Shown here in pieces: positions 1 through 10,984 of a stretch of 64,000 bases of DNA; the first letter of the stretch is position 1, and every line of letters starts with the position of its first letter. This stretch comes from Sedimentisphaerales bacterium (GTDB taxonomy: Bacteria; Planctomycetota; Phycisphaerae; Sedimentisphaerales; SM23-30), in contig CAXXMR010000012.1 of the NCBI GenBank assembly GCA_963663805.2, forward strand, positions 480,001 to 544,000, in the 5' to 3' direction. Made by a program: the position numbers and the translations under genes. A model generated the notes under the pieces. It ran no database searches, was not told the origin of the DNA, and worked only from the letters and a program-made list of their open reading frames with translations.

Positions 1-583
1 ACGGGGAAACGTAAATATCGTCCGGGCAGGGAGTATAATTATAGTCCGGTGAACGCAGGAACCCAAAGCCGTCCGGCAGCAGTTCCAGCACACCCTCGCC
101 ATACATCATGCCGTTCTGCATGATGCGTTCTTTGAGAATCTTGAAGATCAAATCCTGCTTCTTCAAGCCGGTATATTCGGTCAAACCCTCTCTTTTGGCC
201 AGGTCGTGGAGATCCTCAACCGACTTTTTCTGCAAATCACGGATGTGAAGCTCGCTTTTTTCGGCTTCGGCCACCAGAAAACGCTCTTCCTCCTCCAGGG
301 TGGGCAATTGAATCTTCATCCTGGGCTTCTGAACTTCTTTTTCCTCATTTTTCTTATCCTGGTCCTTTTTTTCTTCGGACTTTTGATTATCAGACGAAGA
401 ATCGACCTCGACGGACTTTTTCTTTTTCTTGCGTTTAGCTTTTTTCTTGGCTTTCACAGCTTCGTTATGCTGTTCTTCATCGACCCCATTGTCATCAGCA
501 GAATCGAACAGGTCTGCTTCCTGCTGCTCTTGACCATCTGCAGACTGGGCGTTTTTCCGGGTGGTTTTTTTGGCTCGTGCCAT
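1..583 (-). CDS. rho: Transcription termination factor Rho, 5' part (runs off window start); long charged N-terminal extension
   Basis: Not in the ORF track. Manual translation from ATG at 583 (AGGAG RBS upstream) gives ...[11 protein letters not shown]...[33 protein letters not shown], the Rho RNA-binding domain signature. Confidence 0.95.
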   Translation of the reverse strand, partial: MARAKKTTRKNAQSADGQEQQEADLFDSADDNGVDEEQHNEAVKAKKKAKRKKKKKSVEVDSSSDNQKSEEKKDQDKKNEEKEVQKPRMKIQLPTLEEEERFLVAEAEKSELHIRDLQKKSVEDLHDLAKREGLTEYTGLKKQDLIFKILKERIMQNGMMYGEGVLELLPDGFGFLRSPDYNYTPCPDDIYVSP

Positions 584-859
584 TACATAAACTCCTATAT
601 TGTTTTTCCTAAACTTCTTCTCTAAAATAACTTATATCACAATAACCAAAGCTCGATTTTCAGATTTCGCCGACCCATAAGCCGGACCCCTGATAACCAA
701 ACTTATTCAACGCATAAAATTTTTCAGGATGTTTGCTCCGGTAATACCGTTTGCGAAACCCCACGACTCGGCCTTCGTGGCATGACCCCACCCACAGCAC
801 TAATACGACCTTATGGCCGGCCCAAACCCAGAAATCAAGCCTAAATTTCCCTGCTGAAT

Positions 860-1492
860 TTATTTAATCTTGATTATCAATGCCAGAATACTGGCGACCT
901 GTTTTACCAAGCCGGGGATAGTTGAGTTGTTGTACACAATATAATCTGACATTTTTGCCTTTTTGTCCAGTGAAAATTGTGATTTTTCTCTTTTTTTTGC
1001 ATTTTCTTTACGCCAGCCGCGTCGCTGCGCCAGCCTTTGATAGCGAATTTCGTCGTCTGTATGCACCCAAACGACCTTATCACATAGATTTTCCTGGCCC
1101 GATTCGAACAGCAGCGGCACATCAAGAATTATGGCACAAAATTTCTCGTCCCCTTGATAACGCCCGATAAGCTCAAGCTCTTTTTGCCGCACTAGAGGAT
1201 GGACCAGGTCAGTAAGGCGTTTCAGTTGGGCAGCATCATTAAATACAATCCCAGCTACCACGCCCCGGTCAACCCTACCATTATCTTTTATAACTTCTTT
1301 ACCCCACCAGCGTTGTAAACTTTCTCGTACAGGTCTGCTGTCCAGTTGCTCATGATTAATCGCGTCTGCGTCAATTATCGCACAACCCTGACGGGCAAAC
1401 TCGGCGGCAACTGTGGTTTTGCCGGACCCAACCCCTCCGGTTAGTCCTATAACCGGCCTGCGATTTTCTGTCTTACAATCACTTTTTCCCAT
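860..1492 (-). CDS. coaE: Dephospho-CoA kinase
   Basis: VIGLTGGVGSGKTTV P-loop; IIDADAI, HPLV and DVPLLFE motifs. Confidence 0.95.
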   Translation of the reverse strand: MGKSDCKTENRRPVIGLTGGVGSGKTTVAAEFARQGCAIIDADAINHEQLDSRPVRESLQRWWGKEVIKDNGRVDRGVVAGIVFNDAAQLKRLTDLVHPLVRQKELELIGRYQGDEKFCAIILDVPLLFESGQENLCDKVVWVHTDDEIRYQRLAQRRGWRKENAKKREKSQFSLDKKAKMSDYIVYNNSTIPGLVKQVASILALIIKIK

Positions 1493-1513
1493 AATCTGTT
1501 GCTAAATATACAT

Positions 1514-2431
1514 TTAAGGATTTTTATCCTGTGAATCCACCTGAAAACTTGCCACTACCCTTTTGAGCGGGCAAAAGCGTACGCGTTCGACCAGGGCCAC
1601 AAGTTTAACATTGGTCCTGCCCAGATTATAATTCTGGGCCCAGCGGCCCGGCCGAGGCACTTCAAGTCGCGAGCCAGCCGGGTCAAATTCCCAGGTCTCA
1701 AAATTCAGCAGCGCCGCCCGCCCCTGGCGATTCTGATGGTTAATCAACATTCTTACCACTGCGGCAGGGGTAAACCGCAGATAGGGACTGCCCCCCACCG
1801 GCAGACGCTGACCTGCCAGCATCGCCGTCAAAGGCGGCAGCTCCACCAGCGAAGCACCTTCCAGACCTTTCAGCTCGTGCATGTGCCGCGGGGCATCCGG
1901 AATCCCAAAATACTCATGCCGAATCGGAAAAATGCTCGAATCATATTCAAAACCCAATCGAGCGATTATATCCAAAGCCCAGAGGGTTTCCCGTATAATG
2001 GTAAAGTGCGGCGCCCGAAATCCTACTATCTGTTGGCTGGTCAAATCCTCCAGCATGATTTTACTTTGACGCAGCTGCTTCTGGAAATCTTCGGCTGATT
2101 GCCGAATCATCGGCGTATCATCCATACCCGCAGAAGCGATTTCATGGCCTGCCTCAGCAATACGTTTTATCAGCTCCGGGTAACGCCGGGCATTTTGACC
2201 GGAAACAAAAAAAGTCGCTAAGATATGATAACTGGCCAAAAGCGACAGTACATTTTCCGCAGCAATAACCGTTCTGTCGGAAAGTTTCTCACGCTCCTGA
2301 CCGCGCAGATGAACAACCGCGGTACGGCTATCTCTATAGTCGCGCAGCTCAAACCCCAGGGCGTTGTCCACCAGTCCAGCCATTTTCTCGTTATCTTCTC
2401 CAGCGGCTTGTTCAGTCTTCAGTGATACCAA
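1514..2431 (-). CDS. Polysaccharide deacetylase-family protein (NodB fold, DUF3473-like C-terminus), possibly catalytically degenerate
   Basis: ATFFVSG, GHEIAS, GFRAP and YDSSIFP motifs; AGHEIASAGMDD lacks the usual HxxxH metal ligands. Confidence 0.8.
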   Translation of the reverse strand: MVSLKTEQAAGEDNEKMAGLVDNALGFELRDYRDSRTAVVHLRGQEREKLSDRTVIAAENVLSLLASYHILATFFVSGQNARRYPELIKRIAEAGHEIASAGMDDTPMIRQSAEDFQKQLRQSKIMLEDLTSQQIVGFRAPHFTIIRETLWALDIIARLGFEYDSSIFPIRHEYFGIPDAPRHMHELKGLEGASLVELPPLTAMLAGQRLPVGGSPYLRFTPAAVVRMLINHQNRQGRAALLNFETWEFDPAGSRLEVPRPGRWAQNYNLGRTNVKLVALVERVRFCPLKRVVASFQVDSQDKNP

Positions 2432-2446
2432 CTGCCTGAAGGCGCG

Positions 2447-3976
2447 TTAGCCTTCCAGCTTTACTTCCCGGTCCCGCTCGTCGTAACCCAGGAAGGTAAT
2501 CTCATCATTGGAAAAATTATGGTTGCTGTTAATAATGATTTTCTTTTGGTGGTTCTTTTCCATTTCCGCCAGCTGAGCACGTTTTCGGTTATGCAGAAAA
2601 GCCGCGACTTCGGGCGAAACATCCAGATGCAAAGCCATAATATTTTTATTGCCAATCACCATCTGAATCCGGCGCATAACCTCTATCGACATACTTTCAG
2701 GAGTCTTGACGACCCCACCGCCTTTGCAGTGCGGACAATCCATATAAGTACTGCTTTTCAGTGAAGGCCTCATCCGCTGCCGGGTCATCTCGATAATTCC
2801 GAACTGACTGGTACGCAAAATTTTCGTCCGGGCCCGATCGGTACTCACCGCATCACGCAAAGTTTTTTCGACCGCCCGACGATGCTTCTCCTGCATCATA
2901 TCAATAAAGTCCATGATAATCACCCCGCCCAAATCACGCAGACGCAATTGCCGGGCAATCTCGCTGGCGGCTTCCTTATTGATTTTGAACGAGGTCGTCT
3001 CGGCGTCTTCATGTTGACGATATTTGCCGCTGTTGACATCAATTGCTACGACCGCTTCGGTAGAATCAATCACTATCGACCCGCCGCTTTTTAGAGGGAC
3101 ATGCCGACTGTTTATACGCTTGAGCTCATCTTCGACACTGTACTTGGCGAACAAGGGGGTGCTTTCATTATAAAAACTCACTCGGCTGCGAGTACGCGGC
3201 ATCGCTATGTGGAGAAAGTCCTTGATTTTTTTCTGAACTTTGTCCGAGTCGCAGACAATTTTGGTTATCTTGGTGTTGTAAACGTCACGAATCGTACGAA
3301 TAACCAAATCAGATTCCTGGTATAGCTCAGTCGGAGCCGGCTCGGATTCGATACGATCGGTAACCGTCTTCCACAAACGCAGCAGGTAATTCAAATCACG
3401 CTGCAAATCTCGCTTGGTGCGGTCTATGCCAGCGGTTCGCACGATAAATCCCATGTCCTTGGGCGGGTCAAGTTCGTCGAGAACTTTGCGAATTTTAGTT
3501 CGCGCTTCTTCGTCCTCAATCTTGCGCGAAACGCCCAGACGATTCATGCCCGGCATCAAAACCAGAAACCGTCCCGGAATTGCCAGATAGGTCGAAAGCG
3601 TCGGACCTTTCGTGCCAATGCCTTCCTTGATAACCTGGACAATAACTTCCTGTCCCCGTTTCAGACATTCCTGAATTGGGGGGCGGCTGCGGCGAGGACG
3701 TTTACGCCCGACCCGCTCTTTGACATTTTTGCTATCGGGAAAATAGGACGGCTGCAAATCGCTGATATGCAAAAAACCGTTTTTGCCGATTCCAAAATCG
3801 ACAAAGCAAGCCTGAATACTCGGCTCGACATTGGTTACCTTGCCCTTGTAAATATTTCCGACATGACTTTCGGTGGTCGCCCGCTCAACATATAACTCAT
3901 CCAGACGGCCGTTTTCCACCACGGCAATGCGGCACTCTTCCTCCTGTGCCACATTAATTAACATTTCTCTACTCAA
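2447..3976 (-). CDS. rng: Ribonuclease E/G family
   Basis: GNIYKGKV S1 domain; AIDVNSG, RLRDLGGVIIMDFIDM and CPHCKG motifs; 509 aa with no scaffold tail. Confidence 0.92.
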   Translation of the reverse strand: MSREMLINVAQEEECRIAVVENGRLDELYVERATTESHVGNIYKGKVTNVEPSIQACFVDFGIGKNGFLHISDLQPSYFPDSKNVKERVGRKRPRRSRPPIQECLKRGQEVIVQVIKEGIGTKGPTLSTYLAIPGRFLVLMPGMNRLGVSRKIEDEEARTKIRKVLDELDPPKDMGFIVRTAGIDRTKRDLQRDLNYLLRLWKTVTDRIESEPAPTELYQESDLVIRTIRDVYNTKITKIVCDSDKVQKKIKDFLHIAMPRTRSRVSFYNESTPLFAKYSVEDELKRINSRHVPLKSGGSIVIDSTEAVVAIDVNSGKYRQHEDAETTSFKINKEAASEIARQLRLRDLGGVIIMDFIDMMQEKHRRAVEKTLRDAVSTDRARTKILRTSQFGIIEMTRQRMRPSLKSSTYMDCPHCKGGGVVKTPESMSIEVMRRIQMVIGNKNIMALHLDVSPEVAAFLHNRKRAQLAEMEKNHQKKIIINSNHNFSNDEITFLGYDERDREVKLEG

Positions 3977-4206
3977 AAGGTGTTTCCTTTCTTTGTTCTA
4001 TCAATCCGGCCCCTGCGCGACCGTACGTTTGTTTCATTTTGATATTTCGGACCACCGATTAAACCAGGTTGCTCATATGCTTAAATGGTCCAAACTCATT
4101 ATTTCGTTATCACGTCGCTAAATGACCGACTGTTCCCGCAGGTGAAGCAACGGTCCCCAAAGCAACGCCCGGCCTTTCTTAATCAGATGCCGGCGTCTTT
4201 ATTTTA

Positions 4207-4902
4207 TCAACCCAAACCCGTCGGAAAACCCGCCGCGGTTCGTGTTATGTTTCGTATTTCCTCCGTCGCCGACAGTTCCAGAGCCTCCAGCAACTCACCC
4301 AGACGAGCGGTTCCCTGTTCCTGAATGTCAACACGACAACTAAAGGTGTCCCCGCTTGCCGGACACCTCAGCTTAGTTACACTTTCGCATAAGTCCACCG
4401 TACGCCGTTTATGTCTTTTACGAGATGCCCGGTCAATTATCCATTCCGGGGCAGTGTGAAATCCTTCTATATTTTTGGCGAGTTTTTGTCTGTCAGTCTG
4501 GTCTGTCAATTCAAATGTATATTCCGCCCAAAGCGGCAAGGCGGGAATGTTCGCCGAAACCATCGCAGCTTCAACCGCGCAAATATTCTCCGGCAGAAAA
4601 GTATTCAGCAGTTCCACCAAACCTTCTGTTTCAAGCGACTCGTTTACTTCCACCAATAACAATTCAACTTCGCTGGCCACCCCCACGCTGCGCGGTAAAG
4701 GCAGTGACATTTTTATCCGCGGATTGAAACCCTGTGAATAACGTACCGATAATCCGGAACGTACCAGCACCCGCTGCCATAAACGCATGGTGTCACGATG
4801 CGAAAGGAAACGTTTATCCCCCCTGACCGCAAACTTCACTGCCAGCCTGAATCGCTGTCGAGGCTGCTGTTTGTTATCTGTGTCGCTATTATTCACTGTC
4901 AA
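4207..4902 (-). CDS. TIGR03936/DUF2344-like radical SAM-associated protein
   Basis: RFLSHRD and [23 protein letters not shown] motifs; adjacent to rne/rng as is common for this family. Confidence 0.85.
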   Translation of the reverse strand: MTVNNSDTDNKQQPRQRFRLAVKFAVRGDKRFLSHRDTMRLWQRVLVRSGLSVRYSQGFNPRIKMSLPLPRSVGVASEVELLLVEVNESLETEGLVELLNTFLPENICAVEAAMVSANIPALPLWAEYTFELTDQTDRQKLAKNIEGFHTAPEWIIDRASRKRHKRRTVDLCESVTKLRCPASGDTFSCRVDIQEQGTARLGELLEALELSATEEIRNITRTAAGFPTGLG

Positions 4903-6628
4903 TGTTCATCTCCAGCAGTTCCGAACGTAGATAACTTATAGTCTGTTTTTCCGTGTCGAACGTCAAGGCCTTACGAGCAAACTGACGGCATTGTTCCATC
5001 GAAACCGAACGTACAATTTTCTTGATGACCGGAATTATCGGAGGCGCCAGACTGAATGTCGTAAAACCCAGCCCCATCAGCAGCAAACAATATTCCGCTT
5101 CAGAAGCCATTTCACCGCAAATACTGATGTCTATCTTGGCCCGCTGAGCCGCTCGGGAAATATCACGCAATAATCGTAAAATAGCCGGATGGGCCGGAGT
5201 ATATAAAGCCGCCACACGCTCGTTGACCCGGTCAACCGCCAGGGTATATTGAATCAGGTCATTGGTGCCAATACTGAAAAAATCTACTTCCTCAGCGAGT
5301 TCATCTGCCGTCAAAGCCGCTGCGGGCGTTTCAATCATTATCCCCACCTGAATATTGTCATCAAATTCAATGCCTTCCTCTTCCAGATCTTCCTTAACGT
5401 CAGCGACAATCCACTTAGCCTGCCGCAGTTCGGTAAGATTCGTGATGAGGGGAAACATCATTTTTAGATTGCCATGCACCGAAGCACGCAGTATCGCGCG
5501 GATCTGAGTTTTGAAAAGCGGCAGGTTCTGCAAACAGTAACGAATCGAACGCAAACCCAGAAACGGGTTACGCTCGCGGGTGACCTGCTGATCCTGAGTA
5601 AATTTATCAGCGCCCAGGTCCACGGTTCTTATGGTAATAGGACTATCGCCGAAATGATGTATCGCTTCCAGATAGGCATTAAAATGGTCCTCCTCGGAAG
5701 GCTCATGGACACTGCCCATATACAAAAATTCGGTACGATAAAGCCCGACCCCTTCGCCGCCCTTCTGACGAACAATTTCGGCTTCGTAGGGAAACTCGAT
5801 ATTACCCATAAGTGAAATATGCTCACCATCGGTAGTTTCAGCGGGCAAATCGACCAGTTCGTCAAGTTCGTGGGCACGCTCGACATGCACAGCGGCATAA
5901 CTGGCATATTCTTTTACAGTCTGTTCATCAGGATTAACTATGACCGTCCCACGATTACCATCAACAATTATCGTATCGCCGGCAGCAACACGGGAGGTAA
6001 TGTCCCCCAGAGCTACTACCGCGGGGATACCCATGCTGCGCGCCACAATCGCGGTGTGTGAGGTACGTCCACCGGCGTCAGTGGCCAGTCCCTTGATAAA
6101 ATTCTTGTCAAAGCCAGCTGTCTGGGTCGGGGTAAGATCATGAGCGATAATAATTATCGGCTCTTTGAGATGGTCCAGATCTTCACGGCGTTTGCCGATA
6201 AGATGACGGAGCAGACGACGCTCAATGTCATATATGTCGTTGGCACGCTCGGAGATATATTCATCGTCGGCCTGAGCAAAATGCTGGCTGATGTCACGCA
6301 AGGTCACGCTGACGGCATATTCAGCGGTATAATTACGCTTGGAAATAAGGTCGGCAATCTGCCGGCGGAGGGTACGGTCGCGCAGAAAATGGAGGTGAAC
6401 AGCGAAAATATCCTTAATCTTGCTGTCCCAAAGCTCTCCCTGGGTGACGTGGAGGTTGCTAACCTCGGTGGTCGCGTCCAGGAAAGCCGTCCGCAAACGC
6501 TGAATTTCCGCCCGCGCCTTGGCGCGAGGGACAGTGCGTTCGGGAATCCGAAATTCCTCAGCGTCAATCACTACCGCGGTATAAGTGACTATACCGGGCG
6601 ATACGCCGATTCCTTTGATAATTTCCAT
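4889..6628 (-). CDS. ptsI: PTS enzyme I (PEP-protein phosphotransferase)
   Basis: [12 protein letters not shown] active His; [37 protein letters not shown] and CGEMA motifs. Confidence 0.97.
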   Translation of the reverse strand: MEIIKGIGVSPGIVTYTAVVIDAEEFRIPERTVPRAKARAEIQRLRTAFLDATTEVSNLHVTQGELWDSKIKDIFAVHLHFLRDRTLRRQIADLISKRNYTAEYAVSVTLRDISQHFAQADDEYISERANDIYDIERRLLRHLIGKRREDLDHLKEPIIIIAHDLTPTQTAGFDKNFIKGLATDAGGRTSHTAIVARSMGIPAVVALGDITSRVAAGDTIIVDGNRGTVIVNPDEQTVKEYASYAAVHVERAHELDELVDLPAETTDGEHISLMGNIEFPYEAEIVRQKGGEGVGLYRTEFLYMGSVHEPSEEDHFNAYLEAIHHFGDSPITIRTVDLGADKFTQDQQVTRERNPFLGLRSIRYCLQNLPLFKTQIRAILRASVHGNLKMMFPLITNLTELRQAKWIVADVKEDLEEEGIEFDDNIQVGIMIETPAAALTADELAEEVDFFSIGTNDLIQYTLAVDRVNERVAALYTPAHPAILRLLRDISRAAQRAKIDISICGEMASEAEYCLLLMGLGFTTFSLAPPIIPVIKKIVRSVSMEQCRQFARKALTFDTEKQTISYLRSELLEMNIDSE

Positions 6629-6631
6629 TGT

Positions 6632-6916
6632 TTATTTGGTGTTTTCCGGTATATCTTGCTCAATTAACTGGGCAAGGGCCTCGATCGCTTGTTCGGCATC
6701 TTCTCCTTCAGCTTTGATCGTTAATTCTGTTCCCTGCGTCGCGGCCAACATTGTTACCTGCATTATACTTTTGCCATCTGCGCAGTGGTTGCGGCCTGTC
6801 ACGCTGATACGTGACTGGAAATTGCTGGCTTTATCGACAAAAGCCATAGCCGGCCTCATGTGGAGGCCATCAGCGTTGCGAACAACCACTTTTCTTTCTA
6901 ACTCACAGTTTGGCAA
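6632..6916 (-). CDS. ptsH: Phosphocarrier HPr
   Basis: GLHMRPA (His15) and DGKSIM (Ser46) motifs. Confidence 0.95.
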   Translation of the reverse strand: MPNCELERKVVVRNADGLHMRPAMAFVDKASNFQSRISVTGRNHCADGKSIMQVTMLAATQGTELTIKAEGEDAEQAIEALAQLIEQDIPENTK

Positions 6917-6965
6917 GTGGTTACCTTTCTAATACTCAAAATTACTCGAAAACTCCGCCCGTCAT

Positions 6966-7448
6966 TTAAAGCCCACTCTGCTGGGTTGATTCGTCAGCTT
7001 CGGCAATCAAATCCATGATAGCCTCAGCAGTGTCTGCCTGGCGGAGGAATTTCCGGAACATATCTTTCTGCAAATGGGAAAACAGGCTTTCCATAGCCTC
7101 AAGGTGTCTATCAGGGTTGTTGGGCGGGCTGAGCAGGAGCATAACTGAGAAAACCGGTGCTTTATCCAGGGATGCAAAGTCGATTCCGGCCTTGCTGCAA
7201 CCGATGGTGCCGACGATATTCTTTACCGCGGCGTGCTTTATGTGCGGTACGGCAATTCCCTTGCCGATTCCGGTGCTGCCCTGATTTTCTCTTTCTACTA
7301 TTTGTTGGGTGATTTCATCGACCTGTTCTTTGGGAATTGCGTTGGCATTGGCGAGACTTTCTACCAACTCCCGAATAACCGCGTCGCGATCGTCCCCGGT
7401 CAGGTTCGGCACAATTGCATCCGCGACCATAAAATCACTCAACTTCAT
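6966..7448 (-). CDS. PTS EIIA, Ntr/Fru-type
   Basis: RENQGSTGIGKGIAVPH motif. Confidence 0.92.
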   Translation of the reverse strand: MKLSDFMVADAIVPNLTGDDRDAVIRELVESLANANAIPKEQVDEITQQIVERENQGSTGIGKGIAVPHIKHAAVKNIVGTIGCSKAGIDFASLDKAPVFSVMLLLSPPNNPDRHLEAMESLFSHLQKDMFRKFLRQADTAEAIMDLIAEADESTQQSGL

Positions 7449-7717
7449 CGATACTCTCCTGCATGGTCCGGCTTTCTTGGCCCAGGCGTAGGGCCCTCCA
7501 AACCGGTCTCAATATAAGCCATTATGTCACGCGGATTTAATTACACCTTGAGTCCGCGTCAAATTAAACGCCGTATTCTAACATTTTCTTTAGAGAAAAG
7601 CCCAACAATTTTTCGTCCGGCAACTTAGTGATTGTCGGGTGATTCCCCGTCAGGGCCCGACGGGGCCTGTGTTGGGCAGGCTGGACAATTTTATCTAAGT
7701 CGTTTTTTTACAGGGTT

Positions 7718-8074
7718 TTATTCTTCAACAACCGCTCGGCTTTCCATAAAGTCAATGGCTGCTTCAGCAGCTCCGGTTTTGCCCTTATGGTTGCGAGTTT
7801 TTTCTTTATACTGGGTCAACTGTCTTTCGATTTTATCCAGGGCGGTATCAACACAGGCATAAGCGTCTTGTTCCAATTGATTTACGACAAATCTCTGATG
7901 ATTGTCCACCTTTACAATGATTTCTATTTTCTGGTTTTTTCCCTCTTCATCTATGACGACCTCAACATCAGAAATTCGGTTGTGATGCTTGCTTAGTCTG
8001 GCGATTTTTTTCTCGATGTAACTCCGCATAGCTTCGGTAACTTCCATGTGCCGTCCTGTAATTGTCGTAATCAC
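7718..8074 (-). CDS. hpf: Ribosome hibernation factor HPF/RaiA
   Basis: ITGRHMEVTEAMRSYIEKK...DAYACVD...KIERQL; GTG start at 8074 chosen from the AAGGAG RBS. Confidence 0.92.
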   Translation of the reverse strand: MITTITGRHMEVTEAMRSYIEKKIARLSKHHNRISDVEVVIDEEGKNQKIEIIVKVDNHQRFVVNQLEQDAYACVDTALDKIERQLTQYKEKTRNHKGKTGAAEAAIDFMESRAVVEE

Positions 8075-8138
8075 TGTTGAAGCTCCTTTCGAAAACAAAG
8101 GTTTATGCTGAGGCCGAAGGCCTTAATAATTCACATAA

Positions 8139-8981
8139 TCATTTATCAATATTCAACTTAACTTCTTTTGCCAATTCCATCTGTCCTCCGGGCAGGGCTT
8201 GTCTTTCGGGCACAATCACCCCACCACTGACCGCAAAGCGCAGGGCCTCATCAATTGTTATCGGCAAATCGATGACATCAGTATCCTTAACTGTTATGAC
8301 ATATCCAGTAAAAGGCGTGGGGGAACTGGGAATAAATACGGTTATCATGGTCTGTTCGGTTTTTTGGGCAAGCTCCTTAAATCCGGCACCTGTTACTAAG
8401 CCTATGGACCATATATCTTTACGTGGATATTCCACAGAAACAACCCTTGAGAAAGAAATTTTATTCCCTCCGAAAAGAAAATCCGTGACCTGTTTGATAT
8501 GCGGATATACTTGTTTGATAAGGGGTAATTTATGTATTCCTAACTCGAAGAGGGCCCATAACTTACGTCCTATATAGCTGGCGAGTACCCTGCCGACGAA
8601 ATATACCAGCAGGATAGCCAGCAGGAACCCTATAAGAGAACTATATCCGTGATGCCAGGCCTGGCGTAACTTCCATGATTTCATGGAGTTAAGCTGCTGT
8701 CCGGTGAGTTTTGTTTCGGGTGAAATATTGTTTTTTTCGCGGTATTGTTCTTCTTCTTCGAGCGAGATTTGGGGGTAATCGAGCTGGGGATAGTTGTTAA
8801 GTACTAGTACGGAAACCCTTATGGCTCCTTCGTTTATATAATAGCTGATATTTTCCTGGATAAATTCGTAGCACTTGAAGAGCAGAACGATTGTAAGTAC
8901 TGTGGGCAGCAGGGTTGCCAGACCTCTGATGAAGAAGAGTCGGAAATTCGGCAATAGGCCCTTATTGGAATGTCTGGTCAT
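8139..8981 (-). CDS. DUF502-family membrane protein
   Basis: FIRGLATLLP, VEYPR, VFIPSSPTPFTGY and AVSGGV motifs. Confidence 0.88.
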   Translation of the reverse strand: MTRHSNKGLLPNFRLFFIRGLATLLPTVLTIVLLFKCYEFIQENISYYINEGAIRVSVLVLNNYPQLDYPQISLEEEEQYREKNNISPETKLTGQQLNSMKSWKLRQAWHHGYSSLIGFLLAILLVYFVGRVLASYIGRKLWALFELGIHKLPLIKQVYPHIKQVTDFLFGGNKISFSRVVSVEYPRKDIWSIGLVTGAGFKELAQKTEQTMITVFIPSSPTPFTGYVITVKDTDVIDLPITIDEALRFAVSGGVIVPERQALPGGQMELAKEVKLNIDK

Positions 8982-9398
8982 GGCTATGGGTCTTTACCGG
9001 CTTTTTTAGAGCGATAAGTTATTGTTTCTCAAAAACTTGCGTGTTTACAGGGCACAAGTCACACTCCATAGTATTCTAGGCAAATTCCGGTTGGTGGTCA
9101 AGATTAAGAATTTTTGGGGACATGAAAACTCTGTAAAACAGGCGTTTTTTCGGCGCGATAATGCCTGAACAGCCGTTTTTTTGACGTTTTTTTTCGATTT
9201 TTGGGGCTTTTTTTGGTTTTTTGGAGAAAAAAAGAGGTTTTTTAACGTGAAAAATGTGTATTGACGTGAGATGGGAGGGGCTCATAATAGGTAGCCGACT
9301 GGGTGGGGGAGTCGATTTGTACCTTAGTATATATAGTGATAACTGGACTTGGGCATTATCGGGTCGCCTTTGGTTAGGGTCGGATTCGGTATAGCTGG

Positions 9399-10130
9399 AT
9401 GGAGACTTCTGCTATGATCGAAGTTAAGGAGCTGCGTCGGAGTTTTGGGCCGATAGTGGCGGTGGACGGTATTTCTTTTAAGGTCGGCAAGGGTGAAGTT
9501 CTGGGGTTCCTGGGGCCCAACGGGGCGGGTAAAAGTACGGCGATGAAAATGCTGGCTTGCTTCCTGGCGCCTGACAGTGGGACGGCTGTGGTTTGCGGGC
9601 ATGACATTGTCAAAGACCCGGTGGGGGTGCGGAAATCTCTGGGCTATCTGGCGGAGAATGCGCCGGCTTATGAGGAGATGACGGTGGGTTCGTTTTTGAA
9701 CTTTATCTGCGACGCGCGGGAGATTGCGGGCAAGGCCCGGCGGGAGGGGATTGACCGGGTGGTTCGGCTTTGTTCGATTGATTCGGTGTATCATCAGACG
9801 ATTGAAACCCTATCGAAAGGTTATCGCCGTCGGGTGGGGCTGGCTCAGGCTTTGATACATGACCCGGATGTCCTGATTCTGGATGAGCCGACCGATGGTC
9901 TGGACCCGAACCAGAAACACGAGGTACGTCAGTTGATAAATAAGATGGCGGCGGAGAAATGCATTATTATCTCGACACATATTCTGGAAGAGGTCGAGGC
10001 AATCTGTACGCGGACGATAATCGTGGCGGCGGGTAAGGTTCTGGCAGACTCTACGCCGGCGGCATTGAAAGAGAAATATGGGTGCAGCCTGGATGAGGTA
10101 TTCCGGAAGATAACTGTGAAGAAGGCATGA
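9399..10130 (+). CDS. ABC transporter ATP-binding protein (GldA-like)
   Basis: GPNGAGKST, LSKGYRRR, ILDEPT and STH motifs. Confidence 0.95.
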   Translation: METSAMIEVKELRRSFGPIVAVDGISFKVGKGEVLGFLGPNGAGKSTAMKMLACFLAPDSGTAVVCGHDIVKDPVGVRKSLGYLAENAPAYEEMTVGSFLNFICDAREIAGKARREGIDRVVRLCSIDSVYHQTIETLSKGYRRRVGLAQALIHDPDVLILDEPTDGLDPNQKHEVRQLINKMAAEKCIIISTHILEEVEAICTRTIIVAAGKVLADSTPAALKEKYGCSLDEVFRKITVKKA

Positions 10131-10267
10131 GGCAAGAGTGAACGGCCTGGTTCGACCTTCGGTCGGAGTATTTTATTTTAACGACACCACTTACTTACGT
10201 GCGTGGCTCTGATAGACAAAAAAGACAAGAATATTTGAATAGGAGTTTAATGATGAATGGTTTTTGG
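10121..10267 (+). repeat. Composite intergenic repeat; inverted copy at 42662-42806
   Basis: Manual alignment gives about 8 differences in about 147 nt. Confidence 0.95.
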
Positions 10268-10984
10268 GCGGTATGCAAGCGAGAGCTTAAAGGGTATTTC
10301 GCTACTCCGGTGGCGTATGTGTTTTTGGTTATGTTTTTATTTTTCTCAGGGTATCTAACATTCAAAGGTCGGTTTTTTGAGAATCGTCAGGCGGATATGC
10401 TGGCGTTTTTCGCTAATATGCCGCTGTTGTTTGTTTTTCTGGTGCCGTGTACGGCGATGCGTTTGTGGTCGGAAGAGCGCAAAAGCGGTTCTATTGAATT
10501 GCTTTTGACGCTGCCGATAACGGTTCGTCAGGCGGTGTTGGGTAAATTTGTGGCGGCGTGGATATTTCTGGGGCTGGCGTTGGCGCTTACGTTTCCGATG
10601 CCTTTAACGGTAGAGTATCTGGGTGACCCGGACTGGGGGATGATCGTTACGGGTTACCTGGGCAGTTTTCTGATGGCAGGTGCTTATCTGGCGGTGGGGT
10701 GTTTCTTCTCGGCGTTGAGTAAGAATCAGGTGGTAAGTTTTATTCTGGCGGTGGTGGCTTGTGCGGTGCTGATGTATGTGGGCTGGCCGAGCACGATCAA
10801 TACGCTGGCGGCGGTTATGCCGATGGGCGTGGTAAAAGCGTTGGCGGACTTGAGTTTCCAGACGCATTTTGAATCTATTCAGCGGGGAGTATTGGAATTT
10901 AAGGATATATCTTTCTTTGTACTGCTGATTGCCGGCTGGGTGGCGGGGTGCTGTGTTATTTTGGAAGAAAGGAAGGCGGCCTGA
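10250..10984 (+). CDS. ABC-2 type permease (GldF-like)
   Basis: KRELKGYFATPVAY and AMRLWSEERKSGSIELLLTLP; six TM-like segments; ATG at 10250 after AGGAG. Confidence 0.9.
   Translation: MMNGFWAVCKRELKGYFATPVAYVFLVMFLFFSGYLTFKGRFFENRQADMLAFFANMPLLFVFLVPCTAMRLWSEERKSGSIELLLTLPITVRQAVLGKFVAAWIFLGLALALTFPMPLTVEYLGDPDWGMIVTGYLGSFLMAGAYLAVGCFFSALSKNQVVSFILAVVACAVLMYVGWPSTINTLAAVMPMGVVKALADLSFQTHFESIQRGVLEFKDISFFVLLIAGWVAGCCVILEERKAA

Noticed and set aside
206..625. 139-aa hydrophobic + strand ORF
   Set aside because: Antisense shadow of the Lys/Glu-rich rho N-terminus.
7600..7677. Hammerhead-like CTGACGG...CGAAA on the minus strand
   Set aside because: Core mismatch to CUGANGA, no UH cleavage site, and stems do not fit.
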